Assembly: GCA_964645005.1 (NCBI GenBank)
Contig: CAZXYS010000001.1
Span: forward strand, 158,645-222,644
DNA from: an uncultured Hyphomicrobiales bacterium
GTDB lineage: Bacteria > Bacteroidota > Ignavibacteria > Kapaibacteriales > UBA2268
Direction: 5' to 3'
DNA length: 64,000 nt
Shown: positions 18,801 to 26,185 of the stretch, in pieces
How the letters are laid out: every line of letters begins with the position of its first letter
Position numbering within the stretch: the first letter of the stretch is position 1
Made by a program: the position numbers and the translations under genes
Notes under the pieces: model-generated
The model's input: the letters and a program-made list of their open reading frames with translations, nothing else
Database searches by the model: none
What the model was told of the DNA's origin: nothing

Positions 18801-21800
18801 TTAATCCGAATCTATACGAGCCAGGCAGAACAAAAATGTATATTGAACTCGGACAGATAAGTGAAGATGTGATACCAAATGACACTCTTGACACCGAGGA
18901 TGGCAGTACTGCAGCAAATCCCCTGCCTAATGGTATTATCGATGTCGGTGAAGACAAAGGTCTTGACCGTCTAAATAATGATCAAGAGAGAGAGGTATAC
19001 TTACCCCCGTTAAATAAGGAAGATGACCCTGCTCGTGATGACTACTCATTCAATTTTAATGAAGACGATCAGTACAGAGACGATAATGATTTCCGTTTCT
19101 ATAATAATTATGAGGGAAATGCCAGAGTCTCCGAATTAGGTCAGTTCCCCGACACTGAGATACTCAATGATAATAACGGACAGACCCTTGCAAGAGACAA
19201 CAGTTACTTTACTTATGAGGTGAATTTAACACCCGATCCAAACGTAAACAAACAAATAGTTGGCGGTAATGAAGATAAAGGATGGTTTTTGTATAGAATA
19301 CCTATAAGAAAACCTGACCGCAGAACCGGCAACCCATCATTTTCAAATATTCAATACATCAGGGCTTGGTTTAAAGGCGGAGTGCTGAAAGCAAAGATAG
19401 CTGACTGGCGGCTTGTCGGTTCTCAGTGGCAGAGGATCAGCCAGTTTCAATCTGATGTGCCGCCTGACGACAGCGTTATGTCGCTTGCATTCGTAAACCG
19501 CGAAGAGAACGCAGGACCACCGGACTTTTATACTCTTCCGCCGGGAGTTCATCCACCTCGGCAAAGAGGAGCAGCACGCCAGTACGAAGATATTCAGCTT
19601 AATGAACAATCACTGTCGGTCAGTGTAAAAAATCTGAGGTATGGCGATGAAAGAATGGCTGTTCGTATATTCCGCGACATGGATCTATTCAATTACAATG
19701 AACTGAAATTCTTTATCCATGGCGATGGCTCGATGCCTGATAAAATAGTTCCCGGTTCCACACCGAAGGCGTATGCTTTCGTACGCTTTGGGACGGACTC
19801 ATCAAACTATTACGAATACAGAGTCCCATTGGTCAGGGGATGGCAGGATCTGGGAATTAAAATGGATGAACTGACGGCTATAAAGAAAATAAGGGATACA
19901 TCAAGAATATTCGAAAGACAGGATGGTTTCCCCGTGCCCGGTGAAGAATTTTCAACATTTGCCATCAAGGGAAATCCGATCCTGACAAGAGTTAAATTCT
20001 TTGGGGTAGGTATATCCAATCCTGAGGAGAGATTCCCCAACGAATTGACCACAACCATGTGGGTGAACGAATTACGCCTGATAAGCCCCGAAGATGATGC
20101 CGACTGGGCAGGTATCGGTAATATTGATATGAAACTGGCAGATCTGGGCTCAATCTCGGCTAATTTCAGGCATAGTCTGCCTAATTTCCATAAACTGGAA
20201 GAGCGGTTCGGAAACAGAATGACTACGACTCAATGGTCTGTGTCGATGCAGGGTAATCTGGAAAAGTTCGCGCCTAAAAGCTTCAAAGGTATGAAGCTTC
20301 CGATTTCTTACACTCACTCGGAATTTTTCGAGAATCCCGAATATGTGGCTAATAGTGACATAAATTTGGATGAAGCTGCGGATGCCGTTTATGATGATGT
20401 ATATAATAATTCCCAGAATAGGGGGGAAGCAAAAAATGCAGCTCAGGAATTCAGAGAAGAATCTCAAACTCTAAGAATACAGGACAGGTGGGCGATTACC
20501 GGTGTGCAATTAGGATTGCCGACCAAATTCTGGATGATAGATAAAACGCTGAACAGGATTACATTTACATATTCTTACTCGCAGGAATATGAAAGATCGC
20601 CTGTGGTGGAGGAACGTTTTAGCTGGATATGGCAGCTCAATGCCAAGTACTCCGTTAATTTTCCCAATTTACTTGAATTCGAGCCTATGGGATGGGCAAA
20701 AGAAGTTCCAATACTAAATACATATAATGAATTGAAAGTGAACTTCCTGCCCAACAATTTATCTCTTGGGCTGGATATGCAGCGCCAGCGTACAACTGAA
20801 AAGTCGCGCTTCCTTGACTTTCCGAGTCCTGTTTACAGGGACTTCTCAGCTTCAAGGAATGCACAGTTTACATGGAAATTTGCTGAAGGAGGATTCATAA
20901 ATCCGGTGCTGGATTATTCTGTTAACTCTCAGAATACCCTTGTCCCTCTGGAATTCAATGCCCAGGGTGAGCAAAGAACCGGCAGTGAAATAGCCTCAGC
21001 AATGTTTTTCAACGACGGAAGTATCATTGATTTCGGAAAGAACAATAGACATACGCAGACCGTAACACTGAAATTTACTCCTGTACTGCCCAATGCGGCA
21101 GGTATAAGCGAAGCAATGGATATATCCGGGCAGTTTAATACCACCTATAATTGGGATAATCCGAGGGAGCCTGATCCTGAGCTTACTGATGTTGCCAAAA
21201 ATGCTAGTTATAACAGCAGCATAAGATTCAGTTTGGGATTGAAGCTGAAATCACTTGGCGATAGTTGGTTTGGCGGCGGGACATCATCTGGTCAAGGATC
21301 ACCCACAGGTTTTGCTCCACCCGATACAAGCAGGGATAAAAAGCCCAAAAGCAAAAGCGGCGGTCTTAAACTGTTAGGAACCGTGGGTAAAGTATTTAAA
21401 ACAATTTTCATGGATTACGAAAAGGTTGATTTCTCCATCAACCAGCAGAATTCCTCGACAAATCCGGGAGTTTACGGCGGTACAGGTATGAATAATTTCT
21501 GGGGTAGAAGTCTACTGTTCAGGGATAACAGAGATATCTATGGACCGAGTACTGCTTATCAGTTGGGGCTTGTATCGAATCCCCACGGAGGTTTTTATAT
21601 GACAGGTTCCGATAAATTCCCCTGGTTCGGGTTCAATACATACACCGGCTTAAGACCGCCAAATGCCGTACTGCAGGATAATTACAGCCAGTCTACTTCG
21701 TTCAAAATAGCTACTAACCGTCCTTTGTGGAAGGATGCAACCTTGGAGCTTAACTGGCAGACAAGTTTGGGATATAACCGCAACTCGACAGTTATCACTG

Positions 21801-22735
21801 AGGACGACGGTGTACCGCAATTCACTAATATAATTGCTATGGAATCCCTGCAAAGAACCTATCTGGCATTGCCGACAATTTTTGGGATAAATCTTGGTAA
21901 CACAATTGAAAGCGTTGTTGAGCTTTATGAGCTGAAAAAAGCTGCAATCGAAGCTGCCGCCGTAGATTCTATAGATAAGTATCAGAAGCTGCAAAACGCA
22001 CTTGGACAATCATTCCATGACGGCTTCGAATTGTTTAGCATCTTCAGTGGACAAGCCGGCAAATTCATGCCCGCAGTTAACTGGGCACTCAGGTGGGAAG
22101 GCATCGAAGACTGGGGCATCTGGGGCGGTATTGCTAAGAGGGTTTCTCTTGAGCATGCCTATCAGTCACAATATCAGGAAAATGCCCAGATAACCGACAA
22201 CGGACGAACTGTTCAGGGGCAGCAGGTACAATTTGGGTTCCAACCATTGGTAGGATTAACTATGGGATTTGATGAGAATGCCCTGAATGGCGTACTAACG
22301 GCGTCATTTCGATGGAACTCACAGACGTCCTATCAATTAATGTCATCCAACAGGTCTACAATTACGCGTCAGAGTTCGGAAGAAATATCAGTTCAAGCTA
22401 GTTACACTATGAAATCATTCGATTTTCCGTTGTTGGGATTCACATTCAAAAATGATTTTGAGGTTAGCTGGATGACCTCCTTCAAAATGAATAAACGTGC
22501 AACTTATGACATCCTCGACGAATCCAGCTACGAAGACAATGAAGAGGGAAGAACCCTCGACGGAAACACGCAGCTTACAATAGAACCCCGCGCAACCTAT
22601 TCAATTAGCGATAGAGTAAGGGCATCATTTTTCTTCCGATACGAGGGGACTTTTACCGAAGGTGCAGCTCAACCGGGATTCAGTACTTATCAGGTTGGTC
22701 TTGATATAAGGATCTCCATTGCCGGGGGTAGATAA
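15785..22735 (+). CDS. giant outer-membrane protein, SprA/Sov-like T9SS translocon candidate
   Basis: 2316 aa with a TTG start and an N-terminal signal/TM segment. Composition is rich in G/N/Y/F/T/S, typical of a very large beta-barrel. The size matches SprA/Sov (about 2300-2500 aa). It is divergent from a T9SS cargo gene in a genome that clearly uses T9SS. Family assignment is by size, context and composition only. Confidence 0.45.
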   Translation: MEYNRLRILRSSEKKIFTIIIFSIILFFTTGQTGRSSQFFTDYFSTYNYSTYNLLNYNYFLFSPFNPSYFNLLWQDLDEAASPKDSSYFDKGLMYDKENLGRYEELRSRFGFYENYIPEGYEYSAEMDSSGERFRTRETFDSINITYPYELSLDEYLELRKNKLTDNIWDSLTADYDLKKSLSGGDIARLLGQATGIAIPVPPNPVINIFGKPEISINVNGEVNLRMGFRWDSQNLGTVSAFGQTQASPMFNQDIRVNVSGRIGDKLKLGTDWNTRRTFDHDNQFKIGYEGEDDDIIKLVEVGNVSLPLESQLIGGGDALFGVRADFQFGPLFLKTLFSQRRGERKFVDVRGGVSRQYFRLHAYDYAKNHFFLDTAYKTIYDSYFENPSSPVIKNDNSEANYMRIKEIEVWETTNDVRDVHSAEAVAFADLEPIKSKQGETYSNSKKSEPMEAGKIESGRFMRLDSNRYRVNRNLGTLTILNLRQDRTYAVAFRTEGKDANTPNDDEYYGTFSQHAKTKDTLILRLVYRPNLQPKFETLWDRQMKNIYSINATNVNRDETEIGVWYINQSNDSTDVLQGAPDKLLKILGVDNVTNSTGSKPPDGKFDLKEPFFNAQYGEITFPDTRPFDSGLVEYFEEQGNAQLAQQYTFPEVYDTTYDIARLNANRDRFIISGYVSGRATNKISLGAFNLAQGSVKITLDGKQLREYEDYIVDYYAGTVTLRNPRATLPNADLQIQYEQHDVFNISTRTLAGIRGDYIVERNRRMEAMLGFTVMHYDQSALIDRVRIGEEPVSNTMLGLDGSLQWDTPWMTKMLDMLPFYDTKAKSHLNVGGELAMILPTPNKRESNVSSDNGEPVVYIDDFEGAQRQISLGLNPTQWSHSSPPVDSSIALDDTSRAKYRGKMFWFQYFIPRVPIKDIWPNRSTLTGRSKVSPLEILFDPNFRGIYNNNPEYLDPRNPDYDSTDAFAFKPENREKIWGGMMRLFSSFNTNFDTENIEYIEIMMRVNPNLYEPGRTKMYIELGQISEDVIPNDTLDTEDGSTAANPLPNGIIDVGEDKGLDRLNNDQEREVYLPPLNKEDDPARDDYSFNFNEDDQYRDDNDFRFYNNYEGNARVSELGQFPDTEILNDNNGQTLARDNSYFTYEVNLTPDPNVNKQIVGGNEDKGWFLYRIPIRKPDRRTGNPSFSNIQYIRAWFKGGVLKAKIADWRLVGSQWQRISQFQSDVPPDDSVMSLAFVNREENAGPPDFYTLPPGVHPPRQRGAARQYEDIQLNEQSLSVSVKNLRYGDERMAVRIFRDMDLFNYNELKFFIHGDGSMPDKIVPGSTPKAYAFVRFGTDSSNYYEYRVPLVRGWQDLGIKMDELTAIKKIRDTSRIFERQDGFPVPGEEFSTFAIKGNPILTRVKFFGVGISNPEERFPNELTTTMWVNELRLISPEDDADWAGIGNIDMKLADLGSISANFRHSLPNFHKLEERFGNRMTTTQWSVSMQGNLEKFAPKSFKGMKLPISYTHSEFFENPEYVANSDINLDEAADAVYDDVYNNSQNRGEAKNAAQEFREESQTLRIQDRWAITGVQLGLPTKFWMIDKTLNRITFTYSYSQEYERSPVVEERFSWIWQLNAKYSVNFPNLLEFEPMGWAKEVPILNTYNELKVNFLPNNLSLGLDMQRQRTTEKSRFLDFPSPVYRDFSASRNAQFTWKFAEGGFINPVLDYSVNSQNTLVPLEFNAQGEQRTGSEIASAMFFNDGSIIDFGKNNRHTQTVTLKFTPVLPNAAGISEAMDISGQFNTTYNWDNPREPDPELTDVAKNASYNSSIRFSLGLKLKSLGDSWFGGGTSSGQGSPTGFAPPDTSRDKKPKSKSGGLKLLGTVGKVFKTIFMDYEKVDFSINQQNSSTNPGVYGGTGMNNFWGRSLLFRDNRDIYGPSTAYQLGLVSNPHGGFYMTGSDKFPWFGFNTYTGLRPPNAVLQDNYSQSTSFKIATNRPLWKDATLELNWQTSLGYNRNSTVITEDDGVPQFTNIIAMESLQRTYLALPTIFGINLGNTIESVVELYELKKAAIEAAAVDSIDKYQKLQNALGQSFHDGFELFSIFSGQAGKFMPAVNWALRWEGIEDWGIWGGIAKRVSLEHAYQSQYQENAQITDNGRTVQGQQVQFGFQPLVGLTMGFDENALNGVLTASFRWNSQTSYQLMSSNRSTITRQSSEEISVQASYTMKSFDFPLLGFTFKNDFEVSWMTSFKMNKRATYDILDESSYEDNEEGRTLDGNTQLTIEPRATYSISDRVRASFFFRYEGTFTEGAAQPGFSTYQVGLDIRISIAGGR

Positions 22736-23111
22736 AAGTAAAAGACTTATACGATAGTATTATGCAAATATCTGGAAGTAACTTTATTCTGCCGAAGACA
22801 ATCCGGCTTTTCAGCTTTCAAAACGGACAAGCATTTATATCGCTTCAAATAAAATGATGAACTGTAAAATAAAAAATTTCCAATATATATATTACTATAT
22901 CTTATTGTTTTTTCTTAATTGCCAAACTCCTTGATCTTTTCTTCAAGAAAGCGTTCCATTCCATCTTTTATATTATTTATACATAACAATAGAACAGAAA
23001 GTATACCTGTTGTAGTTGAGAAATAAAAACTAAAGGAATTTATTCTATTTAATAGTTAGGAATCCTAAACATTCGCATTAGACAATATAAAATTTTAAGC
23101 AGCAATTGCAA

Positions 23112-23233
23112 CAGCAAGCTTTAGCTTGCTGCTAATTCTAAGTTTTTCAGGACAGTTGCAAAGTGCTAAAGCACTTTGTTATAAATGCTTTCAGGACAGT
23201 TGCAAAGTGCTAAAGCACTTTGTTATAAATGCT
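23112..23233. repeat. palindrome plus 44-bp tandem direct repeat (x2), each unit containing a perfect 9-bp-stem hairpin; convergent terminator region
   Basis: CAGCAAGCTTTAGCTTGCTG palindrome at about 23112-23132. Then two identical units, TTCAGGACAGTTGCAAAGTGCTAAAGCACTTTGTTATAAATGCT, at about 23146-23189 and 23190-23233. Each contains CAAAGTGCT-AAA-AGCACTTTG. The region lies between the convergent sprA-like and glf 3' ends. Confidence 0.6.
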
Positions 23234-23296
23234 AACATACATTAATATTTTCTAATTTATTTAATTTAAGTTTACTGCATAATCGATTCGCAGCAT

Positions 23297-24421
23297 TTAT
23301 TTCTTAGCAATTTTCCGCTCGAACATAAGCAAGGCAACACCTACGATTTGCTCCATGTCATAGTATTTGTATTCAGCGAGCCTGCCGACAAAAAATACAC
23401 TATCTTTTAATTTAGCGGCTTCTTTCTGGTATTTTTTGAATGCCTCATGATTATCTTTATTGGGGATAGGGTAGTAGGGATCGTTTACGCCTTCGATAAA
23501 CTTCTGTGGATATTCATAGGCAACTGTTGTGGAGTCGGCTTTTTGATCGGTGAAGTGCTTAAATTCAGTTATGCGAGTGTAGTTATGATTGTTCGGGTAG
23601 TTCACCTGCGAAACTTCCTGAAATTTTTCGACCGGGTAGTTTTTGAAATCAAATTCCAGACTGCGGTAGGGGAGTTCGCCGTGCATTTTGTCGAAAAACT
23701 GATCGATCATTCCTGTGAATATCATTTTATCGAATTTAATGTCCGATTCGATGTCCTTATAGTCTGTATTCAGGAGCAGGTGAATATTCGGGTGATCTAT
23801 CATTTTCCTGAACATTTCCGTGTAGCCGCGGCGGGGGATTCCCTGGTAAGTATCCTGAAAGTATCTGTTATCGCGGCTAAGATAAACCGGAACACGTGAA
23901 GTGACGGAAAAGTCTAACTCTTCGGGTTTTAGTCCCCATTGTTTGACGGTATAGCCGAGGAAAACGTGATTGTAAATGTAATCTGCGAGGAATTTCAGAT
24001 CTTTTTCCTTGCATTCGCGGAGCTTGAGAATGGGTATTTTCAATCCGCAGCCGTATTTGTCGATCAAAAGTTTTTCTAGAGTTTGCGCGAATTGTTGCGG
24101 GAAAACCTGGTAAATAGAATTGAAATTGAAAGGCACGGGAACTTTTTTGCCTTCTACAACTGCAAGTACATGGTGATAATAGGGCAGCCAGTCAGTGAAC
24201 TGCGAGAGATAGTCCCAGCTTTTTTTTGAATTAGTGTGGAAAATGTGGGGACCGTACTTGTGCACGAGGATACCGTTTTCATCGTAGAAATCGTATGCGT
24301 TTCCGCCGATGTGGTTCCGGCGCTCGACTATGAGCACTTTCTTGTCGAGCTGAGCTGCAATTCTTTCGGCAAGAATGCAGCCCGCATAACCTGCTCCGAC
24401 GATAACATAATCGAATTTCAA
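23297..24421 (-). CDS. glf: UDP-galactopyranose mutase
   Basis: MKFDYVIVGAGYAGCILAERIA is a FAD-binding GxGxxG motif. Conserved Glf segments are GGNAYDFYDENGILVHKYGPHIFHT and YTVKQWGL. Length is 374 aa. Confidence 0.85.
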   Translation of the reverse strand: MKFDYVIVGAGYAGCILAERIAAQLDKKVLIVERRNHIGGNAYDFYDENGILVHKYGPHIFHTNSKKSWDYLSQFTDWLPYYHHVLAVVEGKKVPVPFNFNSIYQVFPQQFAQTLEKLLIDKYGCGLKIPILKLRECKEKDLKFLADYIYNHVFLGYTVKQWGLKPEELDFSVTSRVPVYLSRDNRYFQDTYQGIPRRGYTEMFRKMIDHPNIHLLLNTDYKDIESDIKFDKMIFTGMIDQFFDKMHGELPYRSLEFDFKNYPVEKFQEVSQVNYPNNHNYTRITEFKHFTDQKADSTTVAYEYPQKFIEGVNDPYYPIPNKDNHEAFKKYQKEAAKLKDSVFFVGRLAEYKYYDMEQIVGVALLMFERKIAKK

Positions 24422-24501
24422 TCTATATCTCCTTTATTTTTCTTCCATATTTAATGTTGTGTCCATTTAAATATTTGAATTTACAGGAATTTTCATGCCA
24501 T

Positions 24502-25911
24502 TTATTTTTTTAGATATTTGCGTATTTCTTCAATTGATATTGTTTTGAAGGTCAAATTGACAATAATAAACAAAGCTGTGCTCAAGCCTCCTGCCAGGTA
24601 AGGATTCCACCCCATATACGCATGCAGCAGGCTGCCAATGCCACAGGAAATGACTGCTATGACTAAGAATTTTAATAGAGTTAGTAAATATATCTTTTTA
24701 ATAATTTTGAACAATAGGATGTTGAAGCCAATAGAAATGATGCTTTCGCCGATAATTGTTACAAGGGCAGCACCATTAAAACCGAATTTTGGAATAATTA
24801 TCAAATTTAAGATCAAATGAACGCCAGCTCCGATAGAAAATACATACATCACAGACTTTTCTTTTTTCCAGCCGTAAAGGGGAGCGTAGCTGGATACGTT
24901 AATATAAGCCATGATCGATGCGACCATTAGTAATTTAAGCGTCAGCCCTACTTCGCTGTATTCGGCTCCATAGACCAGATTGATCATGAAGTCTGAGAAT
25001 GTGAAGAAACCCGTTGCAATGATAGCGCCGGCAAAAAACATCAATCGAGTGTATTTCTCCATTACTTTGCGGCGGTCTTCAACGGTTTCCTGTTTAGACA
25101 GTATAGGGAAAAAAGCATTCTGAATGATGATAGACGGAATCAAAGCCAGTTGTAATACTCTGTAAGCTGCGAAGTAGAATCCGGCTTCGGATTCCGCTCT
25201 CGTTGCTGCCAATAATGGTATCGGGAATAAATTCAGGATTGTTATCAGTGCTGCATTATAAGCCACCGGAGCGGCGGACTTCATTAAGTTCCTGATGAAT
25301 TTGAAATCAAGCTCAAGTTTCAGGCTGCCGAACATCTTTACATAAAGACCGAGCATCCAAAGAAAGTTAACAGTCATGGAAATAACCATAACGGTGATAG
25401 CAATTACAGTGTCGTCTTTGTTTTGAACGAATATTATTATTCCAACCAGATTCAATACGTTAGTGATGATCTGGCGGAGGGATAATACCTCCATTCTCTC
25501 GATACCAATGTAAACCCAGTCGGTTTTGATGGCATTTGCGAAGAGGTTGAACCCGGCAATGAGCACTACGGTTCGCTCAGTTCCGGAACTTTTCATTAGC
25601 ATTGCGAATGTAAATAAGGCAGAGTAAGAGATTATTGCTAATATTAACCGTAAAGAAAGTATGTTATTAGCGTGTTTTTGGATACTGTCGGGATCCTTGG
25701 CGGCTTCGCGCTGACCTATCGGATTCAATCCGAAATTTACCAGTAACATGAAAAAAGTCAAGGTAGCTATGGCATCACCGTAAATGCCATAACCCGAAGA
25801 AAGAAGAACACGAGCCAGATAAGCGGTTGCTGCAAAATTAATGCCCTTGGAGGCAATTTCAGCAACCGTAAGGGAAAGCATGTTTTTGATTATTTTGCGC
25901 GAAGCTCTCAA
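24502..25911 (-). CDS. polysaccharide flippase (Wzx/MOP-superfamily oligosaccharide transporter)
   Basis: 469 aa with about 12-14 predicted TM helices. The N-terminal IASKGINFAATAYLARVL motif is typical of Wzx-type flippases. It is adjacent to glf. Confidence 0.65.
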   Translation of the reverse strand: MRASRKIIKNMLSLTVAEIASKGINFAATAYLARVLLSSGYGIYGDAIATLTFFMLLVNFGLNPIGQREAAKDPDSIQKHANNILSLRLILAIISYSALFTFAMLMKSSGTERTVVLIAGFNLFANAIKTDWVYIGIERMEVLSLRQIITNVLNLVGIIIFVQNKDDTVIAITVMVISMTVNFLWMLGLYVKMFGSLKLELDFKFIRNLMKSAAPVAYNAALITILNLFPIPLLAATRAESEAGFYFAAYRVLQLALIPSIIIQNAFFPILSKQETVEDRRKVMEKYTRLMFFAGAIIATGFFTFSDFMINLVYGAEYSEVGLTLKLLMVASIMAYINVSSYAPLYGWKKEKSVMYVFSIGAGVHLILNLIIIPKFGFNGAALVTIIGESIISIGFNILLFKIIKKIYLLTLLKFLVIAVISCGIGSLLHAYMGWNPYLAGGLSTALFIIVNLTFKTISIEEIRKYLKK

Positions 25912-26050
25912 AGTTAGTTGATTTGTTCTAGTTTTTTAAACAAACAACAAAATTAAGCAAATTATAGTAAATTGAAAATGGGAGATTTTAGTTGGTTCGA
26001 GGATATAATGATCACGAAATTTTTATTTTGGTGTATAAAAGAGCATAAAT

Positions 26051-26120
26051 GTCATTGCGAGCGCAGCGAAGCAATCTCATAAAATATAGATTACTTCGCC
26101 GCTCTGCTCCTCGTAATGAC
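26051..26120. repeat. 70-bp imperfect palindromic intergenic element (GTCATTGCGAGCG...CGTAATGAC type)
   Basis: Left arm GTCATTGCGAGCGCAGCGAAGCAATC, loop TCATAAAATATA, right arm GATTACTTCGCCGCTCTGCTCCTCGTAATGAC. The arms are complementary apart from a few mismatches and indels. Confidence 0.6.
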
Positions 26121-26185
26121 AGAATTGCAAATAGATTTCGTGAAACGGGAGAAATCTAATGTAATGGTTGAGATTGATTGAAAAG

